From: Dehalococcoidia bacterium
GTDB lineage: Bacteria > Chloroflexota > Dehalococcoidia > Tepidiformales > Tepidiformaceae
Assembly (NCBI GenBank): GCA_022826585.1
Contig: JAJDUR010000078.1
Location: 16,583 to 80,582, forward strand
Reading direction: 5' to 3'
Length of the DNA stretch: 64,000 nt
Below are positions 8,145 to 15,958 of this stretch, in pieces. Position 1 is the first letter of the stretch, and each line of letters begins with the position of its first letter. The translations under genes and the position numbers were made by a program. The notes beneath the pieces were generated by a model. That model did no database searches. It was not told where the DNA came from and worked only from the letters and a program-made list of their open reading frames with translations.

Positions 8145-10274
8145 GTGCAGGGACGCGCCTTCGGGCGACTAGCGCCGGGCATCCTCGCCCTGGGGGTGCT
8201 CATCGGGATCGCCTGCGGGGGTGGGGAGTCGGAAGGCCCGGGGCCGACGGCTTTGCCGAAGACCGACGGCGGGACGGCCGCGAGCGGGGAAGCGCCGGAA
8301 GCCACCGGGCAGGACGGCGAGGCAGCCGAGACGGAAGGCGGGACGACACCCACGCAGGAGCCAGTTGAGAACCCGGCGCCGGAGTTCCCGGCGGGTCTGA
8401 CGTGGTTCAACGTGAGCGAGCCACTCAGCTTCGAGACGCTGCGGGGCAAGATCGTGCTGCTCGACTTCTGGACGCAGGGTTGTATCAACTGCCAGCACAT
8501 CATCCCCGACCTTGAGCGGCTCGAAGAGGAGTTCGCCGACAGCCTCGTGGTCATCGGGGTGCACACCGGGAAGTACTCGGAGGAGCAGAAGGACTCGGCC
8601 GTGGCCGAGGCGATCGCTCGCTACGAGCGAAAGCACCCGGTGGTCAACGACCCCGACTACCTCATCTGGCGGCAGTGGGGGGTGCAGGCCTGGCCGACGG
8701 TCGTCCTGATCGACCCGCGCGGGAGCGTCGTGGGAGGCCGCGCGGGGGAGGGGGTCTACGAGGCCTTCCAGCCGGTCATCGCGGCCGTCCACGAGCAGTT
8801 CAGCGCACGCGGCCTGATCGATACGACGCCGATCCCGCTCGACCTCGAGACGACGGTGGCCTCGACCTTCCTCTCGTTCCCCAGCGAGGTGCTGGTGGAC
8901 GAGCGCGGGAACCGAATCTTCATCGCCGACGCCGGACACCACCGCGTCGTCGTCACGGACCTGGCTGGACGGGTGGTGACGGCCTATGGCGCGGGCATCG
9001 CCGGGTTCACGGACGGGGGCGCGAACGAGGCACGCTTCAACGACCCGCAGGGGCTCGAACTGTCGCCGGACGGGAACACGCTCTGGGTGGCGGACACCCG
9101 CAACCACGCCATCCGGGCGATCGACCTGGCGACGGGCCAGGTCACGACGATCGCGGGCACCGGCGAGCGAGGGTACGACCAACTCCGCGGAGGGGACCCC
9201 CTGAGCGCGGCGCTGGCCTCGCCCTGGGACGTCCATCACCACGAGGGCTTCCTCTATATCGCGAACGCGGGCTCGCACCAGATCTGGGTGCTGCACCTGG
9301 AGTACTCCTACCTCGAGGTGTTCGCCGGGACGCGATACGAGAACATCGACGACGGGCACCGGCTCGACCGGGCCACGCTCGCGCAGCCAAGCGGCCTCAG
9401 CGGCGACGGGACGCACCTCTACTGGGTCGACGCCGAATCGAGCTCGGTGCGGCGCGTTCCCTTCGAAGGGAAGGGGGACGTGGAGACCCTGATCGGGACG
9501 GGCCTCTTCCGGTGGGGGGACGCCGACGGTCCCGCGGGCGTGGGTCTGATCCAGCACGCGCAGGGACTCGCCCTCGGGGACGGCGTGGTCTACATCGCGG
9601 ACACCTACAACCACAAGGTGCGCGCACTGTCGCTCGCCGATCTGTCCGTGAGGACGATCGCGGGCGGCGGGGAGCGAGCCTGGCGGGATGCGACGGGCGG
9701 GGAAGCGGCCTTCGAGGAACCGAACGGCCTCAGCCTGGCCGGGGGGAAGCTGTACCTGGCCGACACGGGCAACCACGCGATCCGCATCATCGATCCGGCC
9801 ACGGGCGAGGTGGGAACGCTCGCGCTGACGAACCTGGCGGCGGCGAGCCCGCCGCTTCCGGAAGACGGAGTGCTGCGGGTCCACCTGCCCACGCAAGTCG
9901 TGGCCCCCGGCGTGAGCACGCTGCGCATCACCGTCGTCTCGCCCGAGAGCTACAAGCTGAACGACGCCGCGCCATCGCGGCTGGAGCTCGCGTCGAGCAG
10001 CGATCGCGTGGTGCGCCTGAGCGAAACGCTCCTGACGTGGAGCACCGACGAAGGGTCCTTCACGATTCCCGTCCCGATCGAGCTGCGGGAAGGCGAGGCG
10101 GAGATTACGGGCCGGGGTGTCGTGTACTTCTGCCGGACCGGGGAGGAGGCGCTCTGCCTGATCCAGCAGGTGGAGCTGGTGGTGCCGGTGCGCGTCAGCG
10201 CCACGGCGACGGCGGGGGAGGTGCTCGTCGAGTACCTGCTGCCGGCGGTGAGGGGCACGTACGAGGGTTCTTGA
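8145..10274 (+). CDS. secreted/lipoprotein thioredoxin-like domain fused to an NHL-repeat beta-propeller (NHLRC2-like architecture)
   Basis: 709 aa with a GTG start. Signal peptide has a lipobox-like LIGIAC. Redoxin motif FWTQGCINC. Has repeated NHL-type units (ADxGNHxIR, ADTRNHAIR, ADTYNHKVR, ADTGNHAIR). Confidence 0.85.
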   Translation: MQGRAFGRLAPGILALGVLIGIACGGGESEGPGPTALPKTDGGTAASGEAPEATGQDGEAAETEGGTTPTQEPVENPAPEFPAGLTWFNVSEPLSFETLRGKIVLLDFWTQGCINCQHIIPDLERLEEEFADSLVVIGVHTGKYSEEQKDSAVAEAIARYERKHPVVNDPDYLIWRQWGVQAWPTVVLIDPRGSVVGGRAGEGVYEAFQPVIAAVHEQFSARGLIDTTPIPLDLETTVASTFLSFPSEVLVDERGNRIFIADAGHHRVVVTDLAGRVVTAYGAGIAGFTDGGANEARFNDPQGLELSPDGNTLWVADTRNHAIRAIDLATGQVTTIAGTGERGYDQLRGGDPLSAALASPWDVHHHEGFLYIANAGSHQIWVLHLEYSYLEVFAGTRYENIDDGHRLDRATLAQPSGLSGDGTHLYWVDAESSSVRRVPFEGKGDVETLIGTGLFRWGDADGPAGVGLIQHAQGLALGDGVVYIADTYNHKVRALSLADLSVRTIAGGGERAWRDATGGEAAFEEPNGLSLAGGKLYLADTGNHAIRIIDPATGEVGTLALTNLAAASPPLPEDGVLRVHLPTQVVAPGVSTLRITVVSPESYKLNDAAPSRLELASSSDRVVRLSETLLTWSTDEGSFTIPVPIELREGEAEITGRGVVYFCRTGEEALCLIQQVELVVPVRVSATATAGEVLVEYLLPAVRGTYEGS

Positions 10275-10333
10275 CACTCCCCCAAGGGGGCCGAATCATG
10301 GCGGTCACCACCTGACCGACCGAGGAGGAGCGC

Positions 10334-10582
10334 GTGGTTCGAGGCTATGTCCTTATCGAGACTGACGTTGGAAGTGCGAAGGCGGTAGGCGCCGCCGCCG
10401 CTGCCCTGACCTACCCGGGTGCGACCGTGCTCGCGGTCGACACCGTGACGGGACCGTACGACGTCATCGTCCAGCTCGAGGCCTCGGACCTCGACACGCT
10501 CGGCACGGCCATCACCGACGCGATCCAGACGGTGACCGGCGTGCAGCGCACGACAACCTGCCTGGCGGTGCGCCTGGGCTAG
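10334..10582 (+). CDS. stand-alone Lrp/AsnC ligand-binding-domain-like small protein
   Basis: 82 aa. The pattern YVLIETDVGSAKAV...GPYDVIVQLEA...L is typical of the AsnC_trans_reg fold. Confidence 0.55.
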   Translation: MVRGYVLIETDVGSAKAVGAAAAALTYPGATVLAVDTVTGPYDVIVQLEASDLDTLGTAITDAIQTVTGVQRTTTCLAVRLG

Positions 10583-10603
10583 CCCCGCCGCAACCCCACG
10601 AAC

Positions 10604-11890
10604 GTGACGATTCCCACCTCGGCGATGATCAGCGTGGAGGATGCGCGGGAGCGCATCCTCGCCTTCTTCGAGCGCCTCGCGCCGGAGCAGACACCGGTGG
10701 TGGACGCGCTGGGGCAGGTTCTGGCCGAGGACGTGGTGGCGGGGTTCGACATCCCGCCGCTCGACAACACCGCCATGGACGGCTACGCCGTTCGCGCCGC
10801 CGATACCGACGGCGCCAGCGAGGGCGACCCCCGCAGGCTGACCGTGATCGCCGACCTGGCGGCTGGCTACGTGCTCGACACGGCCGTGGGCGAGGGCGAG
10901 GCCGTGCGGATTATGACGGGCGCGCCGATCCCGCCGGGCGCGGACGCGATCGTGCCCTTCGAGGAGACGGACGAGCCCCTGCGCGAGCCGGGCCAGGCGC
11001 CGACACGCGGCGACGAGGTTGGGGTCTTCAAGGCGGCGCGGGACGGCGCCAACATTCGCCGGCGGGGCGAGGACATCCGCACGGGGCAGTCGGTGCTGGA
11101 GGCGGGGCGGGTGATTCGCGCCTCGGAGATCGGCGTGCTCTCGAGCATCGGACGCTCGGAGGTCGCGGTGTACCGGCGACCCGAGGTCGCCATCCTCTCG
11201 ACAGGCGACGAAATCGTGACGCCGGGGAACGAGCGCCGCGCGGGGCAGATCTACGACGCAAACGCCCACAGCGTGGCCGCGCTCGTGCGCGCCTACGGGG
11301 GACGCCCGCGGCTCCTCGGCATCGCCCGGGACACCGTCGAGGACCTGACGGCGAAGATTCACTCCGGGCTCGACGCGGACATGATCGTGACGAGCGCCGG
11401 CGTCTCGCGGGGCGACTTCGACGTAGTCAAGGACGTGCTCGCGCGCGAGGGCGCGATCGACTTCTGGACGGTGCGGATGAAGCCGGGCAAGCCGCTCGCC
11501 TTCGGCGCCTTCGAGGCGCCTGACGGGCGTCGAGTGCCGCACCTGGGGCTGCCGGGGAACCCGGTCAGCTCGATGGTCGCGTTCGAGCTGTTCGGTCGCC
11601 CGGCCATCTTCAAGATGCTGGGGCAGCCGAGCTGGGAGCGGCCGGTGATCAAGGCGGTCACGCGGGATACCGTCGTCAACACGGACGGCCGGCGCTTCTA
11701 CGCCCGCTGCATCGTGACGCAGGGCGAGAACGGCCGCTACTACGCCGATCTGACGGGCCCACAGGGGAGCGGCATCCTGACGAGCATGAGCGCCGCCAAC
11801 GGGCTCACGGTCATCCCCGAAGATCTGCCGCGAGCAGAACCGGGCGACGAGATCGACGTGATGATGATCGACTGGGAGCACCCGGGGTAG
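10604..11890 (+). CDS. moeA: molybdopterin molybdenumtransferase
   Basis: 428 aa with motifs DGYAVRAAD, TGAPIPPGADAIV, LSTGDEI, AGVSRGDFD and PGNPVSS. Confidence 0.93.
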   Translation: MTIPTSAMISVEDARERILAFFERLAPEQTPVVDALGQVLAEDVVAGFDIPPLDNTAMDGYAVRAADTDGASEGDPRRLTVIADLAAGYVLDTAVGEGEAVRIMTGAPIPPGADAIVPFEETDEPLREPGQAPTRGDEVGVFKAARDGANIRRRGEDIRTGQSVLEAGRVIRASEIGVLSSIGRSEVAVYRRPEVAILSTGDEIVTPGNERRAGQIYDANAHSVAALVRAYGGRPRLLGIARDTVEDLTAKIHSGLDADMIVTSAGVSRGDFDVVKDVLAREGAIDFWTVRMKPGKPLAFGAFEAPDGRRVPHLGLPGNPVSSMVAFELFGRPAIFKMLGQPSWERPVIKAVTRDTVVNTDGRRFYARCIVTQGENGRYYADLTGPQGSGILTSMSAANGLTVIPEDLPRAEPGDEIDVMMIDWEHPG

Positions 11891-11906
11891 CACAGTTGAA
11901 GGCGGG

Positions 11907-12692
11907 ATGACCGACGAGACCCGCCCCTGGTACGAGACGCTTTTCGAGCGCGACTGGTACGACTACTTCGCGAAGGGTGGTCCCGGTTCACCCGACGAGG
12001 ACGGCTCCTACGCGCGGCGGACTGATGCCGAGATCGCGTTCATCGAGCAGGCGCTGGGGCTGACCGAGCCGTGCGACCTGCTCGACCTGTGCTGCGGACC
12101 GGGGCGGCACAGTGTGCGGCTCGCGAAGCGGGGGCACCGCGTGACGGGAGTCGACATCTCCGCCTACAACCTTGAGAAGGCAGCCGAACAGGCGGCGGAA
12201 TTCGGAGTCGACGTCGGCTGGCGCGAGGGTGACATGCGGGACACCGGTCTCGGGGATTCGAGCCAGGACGCGGTCATCAACATGTTCACGGCGTTCGGGT
12301 TCTTCGACGACGCCGGGAACCAGCGGGTGCTGGAGGAAGTGGCGCGCGTGCTGCGTCCGGGTGGGCGGTTGCTCATCGACCTCGTGAACCGGGACTCGCT
12401 GATGAGGCGCCACCAACCCCGCATGTGGAACGAGCGACACAACGGCGCCGTGCTGCTCCAGGAGCACGCGTTCGACAGCGCCACCGGCTGCCAGACCACC
12501 AACTGGACGGTCGTCAAGGCCGACGGGGAGCGCATCGCGCAGAGCTTCACGGTCCGCATCTACACGCTGCAGGAGCTGGAAGTGCGGATGGCGCAGGCGG
12601 GGCTCAGGGTGGAGGAGGCGTGGGGCGGGCTCGACGGCAAGGACCTGACGATGGACAGCCACCGGCTCGTGGTCCGGGCGGGGAAGGCGTAG
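11907..12692 (+). CDS. class I SAM-dependent methyltransferase
   Basis: 261 aa with motif I LLDLCCGPGRHS and post-I/II motifs (VTGVDIS, LRPGGRLLID). Confidence 0.85.
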   Translation: MTDETRPWYETLFERDWYDYFAKGGPGSPDEDGSYARRTDAEIAFIEQALGLTEPCDLLDLCCGPGRHSVRLAKRGHRVTGVDISAYNLEKAAEQAAEFGVDVGWREGDMRDTGLGDSSQDAVINMFTAFGFFDDAGNQRVLEEVARVLRPGGRLLIDLVNRDSLMRRHQPRMWNERHNGAVLLQEHAFDSATGCQTTNWTVVKADGERIAQSFTVRIYTLQELEVRMAQAGLRVEEAWGGLDGKDLTMDSHRLVVRAGKA

Positions 12693-12695
12693 CGG

Positions 12696-13382
12696 CTAGC
12701 CTTCGTCCTCCAGCAGGTCGGGGCGGCGGCGGCGGGTCCGCTGGAGGCGCTGCTCCTCCTTCCACTTCTCGATCTCGGCGTGGTGCCCGCTGAGGAGGAC
12801 CTCGGGGACGTTCCAGCCGCGGTACTCGGCGGGGCGGGTGTACTGGGGGTGCTCGAGAAGGCCGTCCGCGAACGACTCCTCCCGGGGGGAGGCGTCGTCG
12901 CCGAGGGTGCCTGGGAGGTGGCGGGCGACGGCCTCGATGAGGACCATCGCCGGGAGCTCGCCACCCGTCAGGATGTAGTCGCCGATCGAGACCTCGCGGT
13001 CGACACAGTGTTCGACGAAACGCTCATCGACGCCCTCGTAGCGGCCGGACACGAGGACGAGGCGGGGGTGGGCGGCAAGCTCGCGCACGAGCGCATCGTT
13101 CAGCAGCTCGCCCTGGGGGGAGAGGTAGATGACCTGGCCAGGGGGCTCGGACGCCGACTGGGTGGCCTGGAGGGCGGCGTCGAGGACATCGACCTTCATG
13201 ACCATGCCGTGGCCGCCGCCGAAGGGCTGGTCGTCGACGGTGCGGTGGCGGTCGGTGGCGTGCTCGCGGATGTCGTGGAGGCGGAGGTCGAGCAGTCCGG
13301 CCTCGCGGGCGCGCTTGATGATGGAGACGTCGAGCGGTCCGGCGAAGGCCTCGGGGAAGAGGGTGAGGACGTCGACCCTCAT
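12696..13382 (-). CDS. trmD: tRNA (guanine37-N1)-methyltransferase
   Basis: 228 aa counted from ATG 13382 ([11 protein letters not shown]...). Motifs [16 protein letters not shown] and [14 protein letters not shown]. The upstream extension of the 333-aa ORF is Arg/Pro junk. Confidence 0.93.
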   Translation of the reverse strand: MRVDVLTLFPEAFAGPLDVSIIKRAREAGLLDLRLHDIREHATDRHRTVDDQPFGGGHGMVMKVDVLDAALQATQSASEPPGQVIYLSPQGELLNDALVRELAAHPRLVLVSGRYEGVDERFVEHCVDREVSIGDYILTGGELPAMVLIEAVARHLPGTLGDDASPREESFADGLLEHPQYTRPAEYRGWNVPEVLLSGHHAEIEKWKEEQRLQRTRRRRPDLLEDEG

Positions 13383-13864
13383 CCGTCGTGCTCGACGGGG
13401 CCGGCGAGCAGCTCGGCGATGTGGGGCATCAGGGGGAAGAGCACCCCGAGCCCGTCCGCCACGCCCTTGGGGCTGCCGGGCAGGTTGACGATGAGGGTCT
13501 TGCCGCGGGTGACGGCGAGGCCCCTCGAAAGGATGGCGTAGGAGGTCTTCTTGAGCCCCTCCTGGGCGATGGCGAGCGGGATGCCCGGCACATCGCGCTC
13601 GGCGATGTCGCGCGTGGCCTCGGGGGTGAGGTCGCGGGGGGTGAGGCCGGTGCCGCCGGTGGTGAGCACGACGTCCGCGACACCTGCATCGCACCAAGCG
13701 GCGAGCTGCACGGCGACCGCCTCACGGTCGTCGGGGAGGGCGGCGCGAGCGGCAACCTCGTGGCCCTCCTCGCGGCAGCGCTCCTCGATGAGGGCGCCGC
13801 CCTCGTCGACGCGCGTGCCGCGGGAGACGCCGTCGGAGACCGTCAGGATCGCGATTCGCGCCAT
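13379..13864 (-). CDS. mog: molybdopterin adenylyltransferase / MoaB-Mog family protein
   Basis: 161 aa with motifs [19 protein letters not shown] and NLPGSPKG. The stop overlaps the trmD start by 4 nt. Confidence 0.9.
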   Translation of the reverse strand: MARIAILTVSDGVSRGTRVDEGGALIEERCREEGHEVAARAALPDDREAVAVQLAAWCDAGVADVVLTTGGTGLTPRDLTPEATRDIAERDVPGIPLAIAQEGLKKTSYAILSRGLAVTRGKTLIVNLPGSPKGVADGLGVLFPLMPHIAELLAGPVEHDG

Positions 13865-13870
13865 CGGGAC

Positions 13871-13876
13871 AGTCTA
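13871..13876 (-). promoter_or_regulatory. candidate -10 box TAGACT placed for a leaderless mog-trmD mRNA
   Basis: TAGACT on the minus strand lies exactly 6 nt upstream of the mog ATG (13864). No Shine-Dalgarno is present. Confidence 0.3.
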
Positions 13877-13939
13877 GCGCGGGGCCCGGGGGAGGGCGTC
13901 GGGCGGTGAGGAAGCGCACCGGGGAGGGGCAGATTTCTA

Positions 13940-13968
13940 TTGACACCCCTCGGGGGGCTACCTATAGT
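13940..13968 (+). promoter_or_regulatory. dcw-cluster promoter (Pmra-like): TTGACA-17 nt-TATAGT
   Basis: Consensus -35 TTGACA at 13940-13945 and -10 TATAGT at 13963-13968 with a 17-nt spacer. This is striking in ~70% GC DNA. It lies 87 nt upstream of the mraZ ATG. Confidence 0.65.
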
Positions 13969-13973
13969 CCGTG

Positions 13974-13998
13974 TGGGGAGAAGTGGGGATAGATGGGA
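13974..13998 (+). promoter_or_regulatory. putative MraZ operator: three TGGG[G/A] direct repeats at 10-bp spacing
   Basis: TGGGG at 13974, TGGGG at 13984 and TGGGA at 13994, immediately downstream of the -10 box. The repeats, spacing and position match those of the E. coli MraZ operator. Confidence 0.6.
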
Positions 13999-14054
13999 AT
14001 CTTCCCCAGTTTTCGCCTGATTTTGGCAGGGTTGTCCCTGCCCGAGGGGCCAGC

Positions 14055-14504
14055 ATGGCGTTCCGTGGGAACTTCGAGTACCAGTTGGACGACCGCAACC
14101 GGGTCGCCCTGCCTCCGAAGTTCCGCGAGGAATTCGCGAACGGCGCCATCCTCGTGCCCGGGCTCGACGGCTGCATCGAGGTGTACACGCCCGAGGGATT
14201 CGAGGCGGAGGCGCGCGTCGTCGAGCGCGTGCCCGCCTTCTCCGAGCAGGGTCGCCAGCTACGCCGGGCATTCTTCGCGTCATCCTTCGACGTGCAGCGC
14301 GACGGCCAGGGCCGGCTCCTGATTCCCGCCAAGCTGCTGACCTACGCCGGCATCGAGCGGGATGTGGTCGTGCTGGGCAACGACCAGCGGCTCGAGATCT
14401 GGGACCGGAGCACGTGGGAGGCGCAGGAATCGACGCTCCCCGGCGCCCGCGCCAGCGCCCTCCAACAGCTTGCCGAGGATTCCGCCGCCGGCGGGGGAGG
14501 CTAG
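14055..14504 (+). CDS. mraZ: transcriptional regulator MraZ
   Basis: 149 aa counted from ATG 14055 (MAFRGNFEYQLDDRNRVALP...). Has two SpoVT/AbrB-like halves (DDRNRVALP and DGQGRLLIP). Confidence 0.95.
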   Translation: MAFRGNFEYQLDDRNRVALPPKFREEFANGAILVPGLDGCIEVYTPEGFEAEARVVERVPAFSEQGRQLRRAFFASSFDVQRDGQGRLLIPAKLLTYAGIERDVVVLGNDQRLEIWDRSTWEAQESTLPGARASALQQLAEDSAAGGGG

Positions 14505-14514
14505 CGTGACGATC

Positions 14515-15477
14515 ATGACCACCCCGAGCGCGCCGCACACGCCCGTCCTCCTGAACGAGGCACTGGATTACCTGGCCGTGCGCGAGGGGGGAACTTACAT
14601 CGACTGCACGGCCGGAGCGGGAGGCCACAGCGCCGCCATCGCGGAGGCGATGGGGGCGGAGGGGCGCCTGCTCTGCATCGACCAGGACGGCGAGGCGCTG
14701 GAGTTCGCGCGAACGAGACTGGCTCCGTTTGGGAGGCGGGTCAGCTTCGTTCGCGGGAACTTCCGCGATCTCGACATCATCGCCGCGGACGAAGGGTTCG
14801 AGGCGGTGGACGGCATCCTGATGGACCTCGGCGTTTCTTCAATCCAGCTGGACACCGCGGAGCGGGGGTTCGCCTTCGCGCACGAGGGTCCGCTGGACAT
14901 GCGCATGGACCAGTCGTCGGACGGCTTGACGGCTGCGGACATCGTCAATACGTGGGACGAGCGATCGCTCGCCACTCTCTTCCGGGAGGAAGGGGAGGTG
15001 CGCGGGGCGCGCCGCATCGCGAAGGCGGTGCTGAGGGCGCGACCGCTTCGCTCGACCTGGGATTTAGCCAAAGCCGTCGAGCAGGCTGCGGGGGGCGCGA
15101 GAGACCGAACCCAACAACACCCCGCCACCAAGGTCTTTCTCGCGCTTCGGCTTCGTGTCAATGGCGAACTCGACTCGCTCGGCACGGCCTTGCCGCTCGC
15201 TCGCAGCCTGCTCGGCTTTGGGTCTTCCCGCGAAGGCGGGAGGCTCGTCACCATCGCGTTTCACTCACGGGAAGACCGGATCGTGAAGCAGTTCTTCGGG
15301 CGCGAGTCGCGCGACTGCATCTGCCCGCCGGTCCTGCCCGAATGCCGCTGCGAGCACGCGGCGACGCTGCGGGTGCTCACCCGCCGGGCCGTGCGCCCGG
15401 GCAACGACGAGGTCGACCGCAACCCCCGCTCGAGGAGCGCGGTCCTCCGCGCGGCCGAGCGGACATCCGAGGCGTAG
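14515..15477 (+). CDS. rsmH: 16S rRNA (cytosine1402-N4)-methyltransferase
   Basis: 320 aa counted from ATG 14515. Motifs HTPVLLNE, DCTAGAGGHS, DLGVSSIQLD and FHSREDRIVK. Confidence 0.95.
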   Translation: MTTPSAPHTPVLLNEALDYLAVREGGTYIDCTAGAGGHSAAIAEAMGAEGRLLCIDQDGEALEFARTRLAPFGRRVSFVRGNFRDLDIIAADEGFEAVDGILMDLGVSSIQLDTAERGFAFAHEGPLDMRMDQSSDGLTAADIVNTWDERSLATLFREEGEVRGARRIAKAVLRARPLRSTWDLAKAVEQAAGGARDRTQQHPATKVFLALRLRVNGELDSLGTALPLARSLLGFGSSREGGRLVTIAFHSREDRIVKQFFGRESRDCICPPVLPECRCEHAATLRVLTRRAVRPGNDEVDRNPRSRSAVLRAAERTSEA

Positions 15478-15479
15478 CT

Positions 15480-15875
15480 ATGACGGCCCTCGACCAGCCC
15501 GCGCCGCGAACCCACCGGGGGCTCTCGCTGCCGAAGCTGGGCGTAAGCGGCTGGGTCGTGGCGGGCGCGCTCATCGTCTCGGCGAGCGCGATGGCGCCGG
15601 TGGTGCAGAACAGCCTGATGACGACCCAGGGACGCGATCTCGAGGTGCTGGAGGGCGAGCAGAAGGCCCTCCAGGTCGAGATGCGGCAACTGGAAGCCGA
15701 AATTGCCCGCCTGATCTCCGTTGAGCGCATCGCGAGGCGCGCCGGCGAGATCGGCCTGAAGCCGGGCACGGACGCCATATTCGTGACGATTGGGGAAGCC
15801 GGACCGGAGCCCCCGAACATCCCTGCGGAGCATCTCCCCGAGGCCTCGGAGCTCGGCTCCGGGCTCGCTCCGTAG
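15480..15875 (+). CDS. ftsL: FtsL-like cell-division protein (single TM plus coiled coil)
   Basis: 131 aa counted from ATG 15480. Has a TM segment (GWVVAGALIVSASAMAPVV) followed by a coiled coil (LEGEQKALQVEMRQLEAEIARL). Sits in the canonical position between rsmH and ftsI. Confidence 0.6.
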   Translation: MTALDQPAPRTHRGLSLPKLGVSGWVVAGALIVSASAMAPVVQNSLMTTQGRDLEVLEGEQKALQVEMRQLEAEIARLISVERIARRAGEIGLKPGTDAIFVTIGEAGPEPPNIPAEHLPEASELGSGLAP

Positions 15876-15958
15876 CCGCGGGACCACCCATGGAGGCGAT
15901 GCCGCTGCTGAACTGAGATCGAACCGGTCACGGGAGGGGGCCGGCGGGAGGGCGCCTC

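Noticed and set aside
8169-10315. 702-aa (minus) and 546-aa (plus, other frame) ORFs overlapping the Trx-NHL gene
   Set aside because: Same reasoning: low-complexity RPGA-rich translations and no start context. The NHL/Trx frame explains the region.
9950-11893. 647-aa minus-strand ORF spanning the end of the NHL gene, the AsnC-like gene and moeA
   Set aside because: It crosses three well-supported plus-strand genes and two intergenic regions. The translation is Arg/His/Pro-rich junk.
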